A stretch of DNA of 64,000 bases from the human T2T-CHM13v2.0 reference genome, Homo sapiens. Below, piece by piece: positions 15,289 to 29,475 of this stretch. Under the pieces are notes generated by a model. That model was given only the letters and a program-made list of their open reading frames with translations, was not told where the DNA came from and searched no databases. The stretch lies in assembly GCF_009914755.1 (NCBI RefSeq), contig NC_060931.1; one strand, given 5' to 3'. Every line of letters starts with the position of its first letter. The first letter of the stretch is position 1. Both the position numbers and the translations under genes were made by a program.

Positions 15289-16589
15289 TAGGCGAAAAGC
15301 AGTCTGCTACTTAAGACAAGATTGCAGATAACCTCTGTTATTTTGATTTAAATTGTGAAGGAAACTTAAAGGCCAAATACATTTGCATTTGAAAGCAGAA
15401 AATAAAGATTTCTAAAATCTTGAGGAGAGCTTTCTGCTGTCCTTAATGAAAATGCATTATATTAATTTTATTAAGAACAAATATTATAATCCATAGAAGC
15501 TTCATCTTTAATTCTTATAAAAGTTCATTACAGAAGAAAGGTGTTTAATTATGCTTTAAAAGAAGGAAAACATCTATATACTTGAGTTTAAAGAAAGGCA
15601 GCCCAAGGATGTGAAGTCATTTACAGCAGATCACAGGATAAGTTAATGCCAATTAATGCCAATAAGATATTTGAGTCCATCTGACTTTTCTGTTACAAGA
15701 ACATCCTGGTCTAATGGATGTTTCCCTTCTTATCCAGACTCTCACACACAGATATGCTCAATACGTTCTGGATAATCACAGTGGATTGTGGATTATTGTT
15801 ACATAGCATATATTCATGCACATACATTGAATGAATGAACAAAAGACCCTTTTAAATGAATCATGTAATGATTCAGTAAAATTTATTGGCTAAAAAAATT
15901 TTCATGGAGACTGAAACTTTGGAATCAAAGGTCCCTAAACTCATCTGAATTCATTTCTGGTTTTTAGATTTTGATAAATACTGGTTTTACAATAAATACT
16001 ATGTATATATAGTGCAGTATATAGTATATAAATGGCAGTTTTCACAAAAGGCATAAAAATATATGTATATAGATACTATATACATCATATAGATGCTATA
16101 TACATATACATATGTATATACATGTAAAATTGTTGCTCTTTAAAGATATAAGAATAGCCACTACATTAAAAACTAGTTAGTATTCTGATATTCTCCATCA
16201 CACTCAAAACTCAAATGTTATGCCTCTGATACAAAGGCAACATTTCAAGCTGTTGAAGCCTAAAGCTATCTTGCAATAAGTTTCTTTAGCATTCCCAGTC
16301 TCCAAATTCATCCCTTTTTACTTTTGAAAAACAATTACAAATGAATTTCAGTTGAAGGAATAAACAAATTCAAAGTATACAAATTACATTTGCTAAAAAT
16401 GAATGAAATAGAAAAACTTGAGTGTTACAAATAAGATCTATTATGTGGATTATTTTCTGCCTATCAAATCCAAAATCACTAAAGTGAAGACAATGGCATA
16501 CATCAATTACCTTATTTCTATGAGTAAGTCTTAAATGACCTATTGCCAGTAGAAATTTAAATTTCCTTGGCTATTTCAAGTGTGTTATT

Positions 16590-16903
<314 letters not shown>

Positions 16904-18579
16904 CTTCAAGTGGTTATTTTCTCTGTAGATTAATTTTGATATCTATTTAAGTATGTAGCAAAATTTGATCATTAAAATCATGGCCTAATTCACAACAAAA
17001 AAAGCAGCAGGAAGTCCCTGTCAAATGTTTTAATATTAACTTGAACTTCTATTCATCTATAAAGGCCTAACAAAAATTAACCTTCTCATTACCAAGGGCA
17101 TACTAAATAATAAATTATTCTTAATGTGAAGCTTATAAGAATATAGAAGGCTTACTTTATATGATGTTAACTTAAATTTGACAGTGATTTTCTTGAATTA
17201 TTCATTACACCTAGAAACCTAATGGAATAAAAAAGACTTTGCAATGATAATTATAAACTGATATTTAAACCATTTAGTGACATCTTTAAATGGAATTTTT
17301 AGCATAATTAAAAATGATAGATCTTACGCAGTGTTGCACTTTATTGAATAGATGTTGAATTAAGTAATTTTATACAAATTCTCAATAGCTAAGCATTAGT
17401 AATACAATAGGTATAGAAGGGTTCTCTTATTTTTGTTATAAATTCTCCCTGCTGATATTCGACTAAGTTTTAAAATAATGCCTCTCTTAATTACAAAATG
17501 GAAATACCAGAAAATAGTGTACTCTCCTTCATTACTTTCCCTCCTTGATCTAGAGACTTAGCAGCGTGTTATGAAGACTATCATGAACGCTACGATATAA
17601 TGAGACTGATTTTCTCGAGCTGCCTAAGGAAACCACATTCATTCTGGTAGGGTCTTGCCTCATCTATGTGTAGAGTAAAATGAGTGACATGTTACAAAAC
17701 TGTGTTTATGCTTTAGTCTGAATATGAATTGATACATGCTCCCCACAGAATTCTGGAAACTATAGATGAGTCCAAAAATGGAAATAAAGATGCCAAAATG
17801 TCATCAACCAGATAATCACTGTCAGCCGTCTGGCTCTGCCTGTAATTTTTGGCATGCATGTGTCCATGTGATCTTTGAAGGAAGGCATTGTATTGTTTAC
17901 TGCTGTATTCCCAACTCTCATCATTGAGCCCCGAACAAAGTAAGAGATTAATGAAATTTGCATGTTAAATAAATGCAGACAAACATAGTAAAATGGGGTC
18001 ATACTGTAATCCAGGTCTCTCTTTTTCATGTACAGTAAATATAAAAATGTCCTTAGATATTCTTGTAAAACATGATCGTCGCAGGCTATATTATGTTCCT
18101 TTTTGTGATAATCAGTAATTTCTCAGTCAGTATTTGGGGACAGAATGGTTGTTCCCATTCTTTCTAAATGGTATTTTTTGACATTATGGTCATTCTCAAT
18201 TTTTCACAGTTCATAAAAGAAGAAAATCCGGCACAAAGAGGAACACTTGAAAAAGAATTTATTTATGCTGCTAAATAACTTACCAAAAAAGCCGAACTCC
18301 TAATAATAATATCGAAGGTGCTTTTTAAATCTATTTCCAGAAAAAAATATTTTTTCAATCTTTCCTTATTTCATATACAAAAATATGTTTCAATCTGCAT
18401 TTCTTGATGTTTAGTGCAATTAAGCATTTGAATTTATTTTTCAAGATTTATTTATATTATGAAGTCATTTTTGTTGCAACAATTAGTATGTCGTATTTCT
18501 CACAAACTTTATCATAGTTTGTTATTTGCATTATATTTTTGGTATATTGATGTATTTGTTCTTTTTATATATATATATG

Positions 18580-18867
18580 TAGTCTTGTTCTGTCACCCTG
18601 GCTGGAGTGCAGTGGCGTGATCACAGCTCACTGCAGCCTCTACCTCCCTGGCAGAAGTGATCTTCCTGCTTAAGCCTTCACAGTAACAGAGACTAGAAGT
18701 ATGCACCGCCATGCCTGGTTAAACTTTAACATTTTCTCTTTTTTTGGTAGAGACAGGGTCTCACTATATTCCCCAGACTGGTCTCAAACTCCTAGACTCA
18801 AGCAATCTATCAGCCTCAGCCTCTCAAATTGCTGGGATTACAGGTGTGATCCACTGTGCCCAGCCCA
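18580..18867 (-). mobile_element. AluJ
   Basis: Diverged reverse Alu. Confidence 0.9.
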
Positions 18868-19929
18868 ATTTTTTAATTTAAAGAGCCTGATAAGTATAAA
18901 TGTAAAATAATTTAATGAAAGACTTTTTAAATTATAAATATGACTGTGTTATTGCAGGAAATTTAGTTAGGACAAAAGTATATTTAAAAATTATTCATTA
19001 TCCCATTTTATAAAGATACTGATGAAATTTCTTTTGGTCATTGTGCTAAGCATTTTTTAAAATATGAGAAGTTGATATATTTTAAATGATGTACATCAAT
19101 GAGACTGTACTACATTATAATTGGACATAAATGGCATGTGTATCACCCAAATTATTACAGTTTATATTACTTCTAAGTCAAACCCTACTATGGTTGAACT
19201 CATTTAATGAGTTTGAAATGTAGTGTTTTGCAGAACTTCTAAATACAGTGTATACAATTAAAGGATTATTTTCAATAGTTTTTATTTGTAGGTCAAGAGA
19301 TAGAATCTTCCATATATTTCTTTCAAAAAACACAAAAATTCATATTTGTGGAGAAATACCCTCAAGATTATGATGTCTGGAATATAATTCCTGTGGCACT
19401 TTTCCTGCTTAAAATGTTAGTTAAGCTTTCCATTTAATTTAGAATAAAGTTCAAACCACTAAGTGAGGTCTCCCAGGCCCTATTCAACCTGGCCTTGTTT
19501 TCTGCTCCAGCCTGATTTAAAAATAAATATAACTGGAAGGAATGCAGCATTCTAATGTTGCAACCTTAGTCTGACAAATGTTGCTGTTGCTTCTCTAAGA
19601 CATTGAAAATATCCTGCCCGTCCTTCGTATGTTTGCTGTGGTATCCTGAGATACTTCAGCAGTTTGTAAACAATGGCTTTAGGTGCACAACAAGAAAACA
19701 TATGGTATAGAATGGAAATACTTCAATAGCTTAAGATGACTAAGCAGGGTATATATTAATTTAAGTAGGATTTAAATAAATGCATGAATAATGAGTTGTT
19801 TAAAAATACTAGGATGACTTTTGGGGAATTTTGACATCATGAAAAATACCAATGCTCTTTTGTCTTTTAGTATGAATACCAGCAGCAGAAAGCAGAACTT
19901 AATAGGATCAATTGTTAGTTTAATACAGC

Positions 19930-20379
19930 ATTAAAGAAAAATCTATTGGAGGTCACCAGTTTAGACTGAGCTCTTGCGCTAGGCCCAATAGACCAAAACA
20001 AAATGGAGTTACTCATTGCAAAAATTCCAAGCTACCAGGTGGAAACGACTTTATCTGACCTTCAGAGAAAGCAGGAGATTGAGAGAGAGAGAGAGAGAGA
20101 GAAAGAGAAAGAGGGAGAATAGCCAAATTCCCAAATAGGTCAGTTTCAATGGGCATGATAATGAAGTTCCCTCTGCTTTATTCCCTACAAAGGGATTTTT
20201 GTTCTTTGTTCCTGCTTTCTTCAGCCCTTCTTTGTGTATAAAACCAACCCCTTCTGCTCTGCTCAGCTCGTCAGCCTGCTCATTCCATTTTATTAAATAA
20301 ATGTTGCCCAATTCTATAATTGCAGATAAAGCCAATTAAAAATTTTAAACTAAATTTTTTGTAATTTTGTCTTTTGACA
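19930..20379 (+). mobile_element. ERV1 MER4-group LTR containing a (GA)n tract
   Basis: aaaatggagttactca motif, TATA-like gtataaaa, ends tcttttgaca. Confidence 0.6.
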
Positions 20380-20982
20380 ACAGTAAATTCAAATAGTTTT
20401 ATATAGTAGGACACGATTAATTTCATAACATCAAGAGACAAACCTTAAGAATAGTCAAACTAGATCACATGTTAGATGAAAGGCTTTACATCAAAGTGAC
20501 TGTTTAAAATAGAGAAAAATGAAGTTGACAGGCTACTCTTTGTTCTACCCATATTCCATTCCTAATTTATTTACTGTCACTACCAATTTTTAAAACCAAG
20601 TTCATGTATTATTTTTTGTGGCTTCATTTTTCAACTGATAATTTCTTAAGGAAATTCGCAATCCAAATACATTGAACATTCTGTTGTTGCTGCCTTTAGA
20701 ATAGATTTTAAAGATTGTTTTGTGGACACCAGACCCTTAATCATTTCATGAAAGAAACATTGTTATAACACAGTTTTCCACTTTTAAGACATATAAGCAT
20801 TGTATTATAAGTAAATTAATATTAATGTATTAATATTATACAGTGAAAAAGTGCAAAACTAAGAGTTGGCAATATAGTTATAGCCCTGGGTCAGTTTCTG
20901 GTTAAGCCAGTTTCAGTTTTCAGTTCATTAAAGTGCGGAGGGGATGTGTCAGTTGATCACAGATTTTTTTTGTTAGGGCTTT

Positions 20983-21277
20983 TGTAATGGACTAAATGTT
21001 TAGGTCCCCTGAAAATTTGTATGTTGAAATCCTACCCCACAGATGATGGTATTGGAAGGTGGGATCTTTGGGTGGTGAGTAGGTCATGAGAGCCATGTGA
21101 GGTGACAGTGAAAAGATAGTCATCATAAGCCAGGAAGTTGGCCCTCACCAGACACCTAACCTGCTAACATTAGAATTTTAGACTTCCCAGCCTCTAGCAC
21201 TGTGAGAAATACATTTCTATTGTTTTTAAGCCACCCAGTCTATGGTTTTTGTTATAGCAGCCAAACGGATTCAAACA
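20983..21277 (+). mobile_element. MaLR LTR (MLT1A/MST-like)
   Basis: tgtaatggactaaatgt...atgttgaaatccta...ccagcctctagcactgtgagaaatacatttc...gttatagcagcc. Confidence 0.85.
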
Positions 21278-24200
21278 GCCTCCAACATAGTAAAGATCTT
21301 CAAGTGCCAGTGTTCTTGGTTGTAGTAGGAAGAAGATAATGAAATTTCCCTAAGACAGGTTGTTGAGAAGACCAAGATAAAACACAATCAAAAAAGGTAT
21401 TGTTATACATATCTAAAGGCAGTGACTTTTTAAAATAATTTTTTGGTGTTTATGGTAATTATCTTTATCAATGCATTTTTTTTGTCATTAACAGCCTGCC
21501 TTTAGATTAGCCAACAGTATACAACTGAAGTATATCACATGAAAACTAACTTTTCTTTCAACAACTGTTGAATTTTTTCCCTAATGCAACAAGAATAGGA
21601 ACAAAAGAGTACATTTTTCATCTATTGTCTTTGAAGTGCCTCATTGAAGGTTTTTTTGTGATCCACTAACCTGGAGAAAGGTTACTATAAATAAACATTG
21701 TAATATCACATTGATCCTTTTGCCTTTTTAATTTGTACCATATACATGAAATTGTATTTGTGCATTCTGTCTACTCATAGGAAAAAACAAATCAACTATT
21801 GCTGAGAAAGGCATAAAATTCTTTCTCATGGATTTTGAAAAATCTATCTAGATATTAGAATAATTACATATGTTTGCTATTATGTCAACATCAGTTAATA
21901 CCAATGACTTCTAATGTATCAGTTTTTTACTTACACCTGGCTTGTAGCTGAATATTGGTAGAAAGGTTGACAGTGTACTGAACGATGCAGGCTATCTTCA
22001 CCCAACTTGTTAACTCTCTTGTGTTCATCTGTGCTTTCAGAGTCTGAAGTATGTCTCCTAAATAACTGTTAGGAAAGAAAATGGGTATGTCTGATACTAA
22101 AATGGAGGTACAACAATTCTTTCTACATAATGGGGTCCAGTAAAAATCTGTGGAACAAACCCACATGTAAAGCTTTTGTTTCAGGCAGTGATATAATTTT
22201 ATTAATTGCCATAAAATTTTAGGCTGTATATTTTGGATCAGTGCTCTTGGGGGGAAGTTGGAGGAATGTAAGAGGAATCTGCTGGGAAAACTACAGCCTG
22301 CATCCCTCCCCACCCCCCACCCGCTCCAAGGTGGGAGGAAGGACATAAGAGAATTCAGGGCAGGTTAATACTGCTACCAACCTGAACTCTCTAGAAGAGC
22401 ATTACGAATTATAGAGAGTAATGTATGTAGTTATTTCTTTAAATTTGTGATTTTTCCATTTTAAAATATCTACTACCTAAATAAACTGCCAGGGATTTAA
22501 AGAAAATTAATGATTAGTTTGCAAGAACACTAATGTTTTACTTGCTACACACTGAAATTAATAGAAAAAAAAACTCCATTGAGATGAAGGAGCTAAGCAA
22601 TTAATTTTCCTCTTTCTCAAAACACTGACATGAACAGGGGTAATATAAAGTTCTTCTAGGTGAGATTGAAAAGTCTTCTTCCAGATGTCAAAGGGAATTC
22701 ACACTTCAGAAGAGGAAACTCAACAGGAAGAGAATTATGAATAAAGGTCAATGATGATTTTGGATTTGTGGTAATATTTCTTATTTCTTTTTACTTTTCC
22801 CTTAGGCTACTTAGGGGTTTGTTCTTAAATCATGTCCAGAAGGAAGCCTGTAAAGCAGTATTCTGTCATTTCCTTCTTTCCACTGAGAATGCTCACTATA
22901 TTAAGCCTTTTAGCTAGATAGTTAGTGTAAAACATCTCGTTACTGGATAGGGTGATTTCCTATTTTAGGGCAGTCAACAACAACAGTCAGTGGGATACAA
23001 CAGAAGTGTCTCTGGGCAAAACTGAACAATCAAAGAAATGTTAGAATTGGAAGGGACCTTAAAGATCTTCCAGTTTACTGGTTTACAAACCATTTCTGAA
23101 CTATTAGAGGACTTCAAGGGAGCAATGGGCAGAAAGTGGGGTTCCTAAACTATTTTCAACATTTCAAAAAGCTTAAACAGTTGCAATATTAACCATGAGA
23201 AATCTGCAACAGTTCCTTGCTTTTGCTTAGGAGTAGATGAATTATGTTAAATTCAGCATTAGTTATATTAATCAGACCAAAAGCTCTTATTTACATTTTC
23301 ATTTAATAGGTGAAATTTTATAGGCAATACTTTGTAAACTAGTAAGTGCTGAAAATTGGAAAGCAAATGGTCTTTTATAGATAAGAGTCCAGAGAAGTGA
23401 CTTGCTCAGGATTAAATGAATTAGTGTGAAGCCTGGGACTGGATCTCAAGTTTGCTGACTCTTAGCAGGTGAGGCTTGGGGTAAGCAATCTCATCTGCCA
23501 GCTCTGCCTTCACTTCCCAACTTGGGCTGGGCTGGTGCCATTCACCCTGAGTCTGTGTCAGGGGTGATCCCCAGAGTTGTGCAATGGAGCCTTCTGACAC
23601 TTGTGCTTGGTAATCCTTCTATTTTTAATAAAATGTCACTTAATCTCAGATATTGACAACAACATCAAGTTTTTCCAGATTGATTTGCATTTCATGAAGG
23701 CTTAAGGCTTTAAGGGAAAAAACTGAAGCTCCACCAAGAGAGATTCAACCTCTCAGCAGGTGTTCTTTTGGCAGAGTGGAATTTCTGGTAAAGAACCAAT
23801 GACTAAGACAAGTATGAGCTGTTTTTTTTTTTTTTAAAACTTTGGAAAAGTACATTGATCTTTTTGGATTGGAGCTGGAGAAAACATGATATGAATGTTT
23901 GCAGAGTTGGCTTCCCTAATAGGGGAAGTTAACTGAATTGTGCCACATGGTTTTACCTCCTCTGCTGTTATCCTGTGGGTGTGGTACTGCTGTCAAAGAT
24001 TTGCTTTATCACTGTCTTAGAATGACCAAGTGTAGTGTCATAAAGACTGAGGAATACATTGAAGCCCGATTTCAGTAAATTTTAAGTACCTAACGTGTTC
24101 TCTCATTATGAACCAAATCTTATTTTCTGAGGTAGATAAATTATGTTCCATGTCTCTTTTGTGATCTTAAGGTAGAAAGTAATCTTGCATATTCAATATT

Positions 24201-25410
24201 GGAAATTCAATGCTTTCAAATAGATATGTTATGGTCTGTAGAACCATAAAATAAGCATTAAAATGTCTTACCAAATATCCTAGCATAAAAAACGCATTTT
24301 GATTTGCATTTAGATTTCACTAAAGCCACAGGGACTCAACACTAGTAGTGTATTATATCATTATTCTTTCTTTAAATCTCTATTATAAGAAGAGACAGGT
24401 ACATTGAGTTATATAATCACACTCCAAATTAGATCATACCAAATAATAAGACAAATATTTCCTGATGACTCTGAAAAACAACTAATGGTAGTCAATGATT
24501 TATTACATATAAACACTTTAGAGTGATAAAGGCATTGGGAAATGTACAGTTTTATTTGCATTTAGTTTTAAGTGACTTGAATGAAGAAACTGCAGACTTT
24601 CACAAACTAGCTACATGCAAAAAAATTTCCCATAAAATTTACAAATGACTTCCTTTCTGCCATTGTTTCAGAGTAGAAGAGTGTTTTCCTTCTTCCTCAG
24701 TGCTTGTACACTATTATTTTCAGATTCCTCTTCATTAAGTCACTTAGTCAAGCTATTCTCTATTTTAAAAATCAGCCCTACTGGTGTATAATGATTACTG
24801 AGTTTCTTTTTTCTCCATATTTTTGCACAACAGGAACAAGATAATGAAAAAATAGCATTTGCAATCGAAAAACTATCCAGATAACCATCTTAGGAGAGGA
24901 TTCTTTGGTCAACTGATCCAATGACATTCACTCCATTTCATTCCCATGTTCCTTCCATTTCATACTCATTTTGTAATAGCTTCACTAGTTGGGCCTGAAA
25001 TAACCTGAAGGGTGTAGTTGCTTCCCCTTGTCACCATTAAAGCAAGGGTGGCTGGGATGTTAAGGAATCAGCAAAATAGAGGAAAGGAATAAATTTTAAG
25101 GCTCTTTTTAAGAGGGTAACAATAAAGATGATTGGTTTTTGTCGCCAAAACTTACTGACATCTAATCCTTTATGAGACTTTCTTCTGTGCCGGATTCTAA
25201 GCATTTTAATATTTCATTTTTTCCTGCCCCATCACGGCCTTCTAAAGTGGGCACTATTATAATTCCCAGTTTTCAAGAAAAGCTAACCACTGGCTTAAGG
25301 TCAAATAGCTAGTGAGCTGTGCATCAGGCAGTTGAATCCATGCAGTCTTGAGCTAGATTCCAGAGTGACACCTTGGAATCCGATACTTTTAAAATTCCCT
25401 CCCCAGGTGA

Positions 25411-25498
25411 TAATAACCTGAAGCCAGGGTTAAGAACCACTGACTGGTACAGATTAATAACTTGAAGCCAGGGTTAAGAACCACTGATTGGTACAGAT
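25411..25498. repeat. 44-bp tandem duplication
   Basis: taataacYtgaagccagggttaagaaccactgaYtggtacagat twice. Confidence 0.92.
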
Positions 25499-25717
25499 TC
25501 TAGATCAAGGCGCTTCAACTCAACTGTTTTCAGGGCCAGGCATTTTAAATAAATTTTTAAAAGCAATCAGATACAGACCCCATACTCTAAAAGAATTTTG
25601 AAAAGTGTGTCCACATATTTTTACTAAAGGAGAAATCATCTGGGGACATTGTTAACACAAATGACTGAGCCTCAGCTCATCGAATCCTTATTCAATCTAT
25701 ATCACAATTACCTAGGT

Positions 25718-25722
<5 letters not shown>

Positions 25723-25748
<26 letters not shown>

Positions 25749-25833
25749 GAGATGGAGTCTCACTCTGTCACCAGGCTGGAGTGCAGTGGCGTGATCTCGG
25801 CTCACTGCAACCTCTGCCTCCTGGGTTCAAGCG
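25723..25833 (-). mobile_element. Severely 5'-truncated Alu
   Basis: Right-arm 3' end only; flanking repeat ggttttacttt. Confidence 0.9.
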
Positions 25834-25914
25834 GTTTTACTTTTCAATGTAAATTTCTGCATCCCAGGTTACCACTGCTCTAAAATCACTTTAGGTGCTG
25901 ATAAATTCTAGTAT

Positions 25915-25969
25915 TTTTGCCATTACTTTAAATGGCAAAAACTGCAATTACTTTTGCACTAACCTAATA
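25915..25969. mobile_element. MADE1 partial
   Basis: ttttgccattactttaaatggcaaaaactgcaattacttttgcactaacctaata. Confidence 0.8.
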
Positions 25970-26009
25970 TTTTTGGGAGAGAGTTCTCAAATATGAGATG
26001 ATCATTTTA

Positions 26010-26770
26010 TTCATTCTAGGAATTTTTACTGAGCATTTATTATGTGCCATGAATTTCTAGATACTTGGTGAATGGCAGTGAACAAATGAAACTCTGTGCC
26101 TCTCTAAGGAGCTCATGTTCTACTGAACAAATAAATGTATGTGAGATGCAGAAATAAATCTATGTCAGATGGATAAAAGCAGTGGAGAAAAATAAGGCAG
26201 GGGTGGGGGCATGGAGTGGGATGGGTAGGGTTATCCTTTATATAGTCAGGGGTGGCCTTTCTGGTAAGATCATGTTGGAACAGAGGATGTCAGGCAATGA
26301 ACCATGAAACCTACAACTACTCAACAGTATCCAGACTAAAGTAACAACATCATGTACAAAGGACCTGTAGGTTGGAAAAATAAGACCAGTGTTTGGAAAG
26401 CAGTGAAAGGAGAAAAATGAGAATAGAAGTTATCAGAGTGGTAGTGAGGAACTGAATCTATCACATTGGGTGGTGAAGGCCATGGTAATCACATGGAAAA
26501 TAGTATGTGCCTTATGTGTTAACAGATCAACCTGGGGCTGAGAATGCAATATGTGGGGAAATTGTGGAGGCAGGAAGACCAGTTGCAGGGCACTGGCTCT
26601 AGTCCACGCATAAAAAGATGGTAGCATGACCAACATGATGGTAGAAGTGGTAATAAATAGTCAAATTCTGGATTTATTTTAAAGAGTTAGCTATGATAAT
26701 TTTTATAATGGATTGGATGTGGAGCGCAAAAGAAAGAGGAATCATGGATGACTAGATGTAATGTTTGGGT
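26010..26770 (-). mobile_element. L2 fragment
   Basis: attcattc...ttactgagcatttattatgtgcca antisense L2 end. Confidence 0.65.
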
Positions 26771-26952
26771 ATTAGAGCTTAGTAAATTTGATGTAGGTAA
26801 AATACTCTCCCAGCAAATTCCCAGTTGGGCACAGGTGTGAAGCTAATTTGACTTATGACTAAAGCAACATCTTCCATGGAGCAGTAAAGGTGAAAAACTG
26901 GAATACATGTCTTCCAAATAACTCATTAAAACCTGCATTCTTCCTGACATGA

Positions 26953-27371
<419 letters not shown>

Positions 27372-27769
27372 GAAAATAGATTTTTTAATACCAGAAAAAT
27401 ATTTGACTTTTTCTTGTAATTATTGCTTCTAATAATTTTTAAATATGCAGATATTTCAGACCCTTTACATTAATCATTAAAACAAACACATTCCTCACAT
27501 AAGAGACAAAAGGTGGACAGTTAGAGGAATATTCCCCTGCTCCATTTCTTCCATCTTCAGAACTTAACTCCTACATTCTGGATCATGTTTTTGCATTTTA
27601 AAGCAACTACTATTAACTACGTAAATCATTCTGTTTAGGGTGTGTAATATAAAAACTTACCTGTACTCAATATTGAGATAAAGAAAAAATCTGTATGCCC
27701 TAAAAGCATAATTTAATAACTTTTATTTAGTAGGAGCAATGTAACCTGTTGCATTTTCATGTGTAATAA

Positions 27770-28511
27770 TGATACGGACAGAAGACAGGAAAATACGGGG
27801 TAGAAGAGGGCAGTTCCCTGGCAAAGGCCCTACTCTCAAGCCTAGAAACCCACGGCCCTAAATGGGAACAGGCATTCCTGTTTTCATACCCAAAAAGTTG
27901 CCTTTTGGCCTGCCATGCCCTCTATCCTGCACCCATATGAACCTCAGGCCCCAGACTCCAGCAGCAGATGAGGAGACGAACAGAAAAATGGCGGAAAGGC
28001 ACAGTAGAGAAGGAGAGAAGGAAAGGAGTGTCTGAATGTTGAGTTCGGCTGGAGGTGATGGGAGAGATCAGCTGGTGGATGGCCAAACTCCAGGGGAAGA
28101 TCATCTTTCCACTCCATCCCCCTTCCAGTTCCCCACCCATCCCATTGAGAGCCACGTCCACCATTCAGTAAAACCCCCACATTCATCATTCAAGTCCATG
28201 TGTGACCTGATTCTTCCTGGACTCCAAACAAGAGCCTGTGTGACAAGGGGGCACTGAGAGGCTAGCACTTAAGCCATCTGCGGATGGCAGAGCTGAAAGA
28301 GCACTGTAACACTGGGGCTTCAGGAGTCGCAGGCACCCACCCCTAGATGCTGCCATGGGGCTGGAGCCCAAAAGTTCTCACCCCAGTTCCTGCACCTGCC
28401 CGTATGTGTGCTCCCTGTCCAATAAGGGTTTTGAGCTTGCAGCGGCCTGAACACAGAATCACACCCCTGTGGCATGTCCTGCGAGGGGTGTCAGGGAACA
28501 CTGCTGTTTCA
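27770..28511 (+). mobile_element. Solo ERV1 LTR, MER50-like (~740 bp)
   Basis: TG...CA termini, GC-rich against flanks, near-TSD ataa/gtaa, start TGATACGGACAG resembles MER50. Confidence 0.75.
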
Positions 28512-29449
28512 GTAAGTTTTGTTCCAAACCTGTAGCATTCCTTGGATTAGATTTTTTAAATTATCTTAAACTTCTCTCTTTGGCCCTTCTTGCCCTGTTT
28601 CTAAAGGTGTGTCCTGTGTCTCATGTTTGTCTTTTATTGTAAATCGCAGCAAATCCTTTTTGGATACAGACACTGTATGAGTAATAAATGAATACAGAGG
28701 TATGTAATAACTTTTACATATCATTTTGTACTTTGTATTCTTTGTCTTAATCTCCATTTAACCTTTTATTGTACAAAAATATTTAATGATTCCAAAATTT
28801 AAAGGTAAGTTTATTTTTTTAGAACCTTTTCTAATGAAGATTAAACATATAAGATTTCCTATACAAAACTAAAACCACAGCCATGCCTACCTGCTGCAAG
28901 CGATGTTTTCACTTGACTCCACAGGTTAATACTTTTGATTTTAAAATGACTTACCTTCCTTGTAGTGCTATGAGAGACTTGCATTAGCTATTTATGTATG
29001 TATTAACTATTATAAAAGCTTGGGACAGAATGTCACTTACGAAGTAGCTAAACTTGGCAAGAGACTTTAAATTCTAGAAAGACTGCCTTCTAATGGAGGA
29101 CAGAAGTCGGCTAAGGAATAGTGTTTGTGTAACAACAAAAGGGCTTTTATCTGGGAGTTCCAATTTCAAAGAAGGGAAAAACCATTTTGAAGTTATAGGG
29201 AAAAAAAGCAAGGTTGTATATAAAAAGGTACATGTTTAGGAACTGCACCATATTTATTTAATAGATGATAGGAAGCTTAAGGTTTTTAACACACACATGC
29301 TCCAAATCTTTAAAATACTATGAACAAACAGATGAAATAAAAGAAAGTTTCACAAAAGTTGAAAATGCTTTCTTTGGTAGTTGTGGACTAGATTTTTAGG
29401 TAAATTCCAACATAGTACCCTGCAAAGTGAACACAAAGAAAATAAAAGC

Positions 29450-29475
29450 ACACACACACACACACACACACACAC
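29450..29475. repeat. (CA)n microsatellite
   Basis: Direct observation. Confidence 0.95.

Noticed and set aside
17565-17612. C/D-box-like motifs (atgaaga...ctga)
   Set aside because: Span of ~40 nt is too short, the C box is imperfect and there is no clear terminal stem.
21927-22346. 139-aa ORF
   Set aside because: No recognisable domain or splice support; the length is compatible with chance.
27922-28535. Cluster of five ORFs
   Set aside because: All are inside the GC-rich solo LTR.
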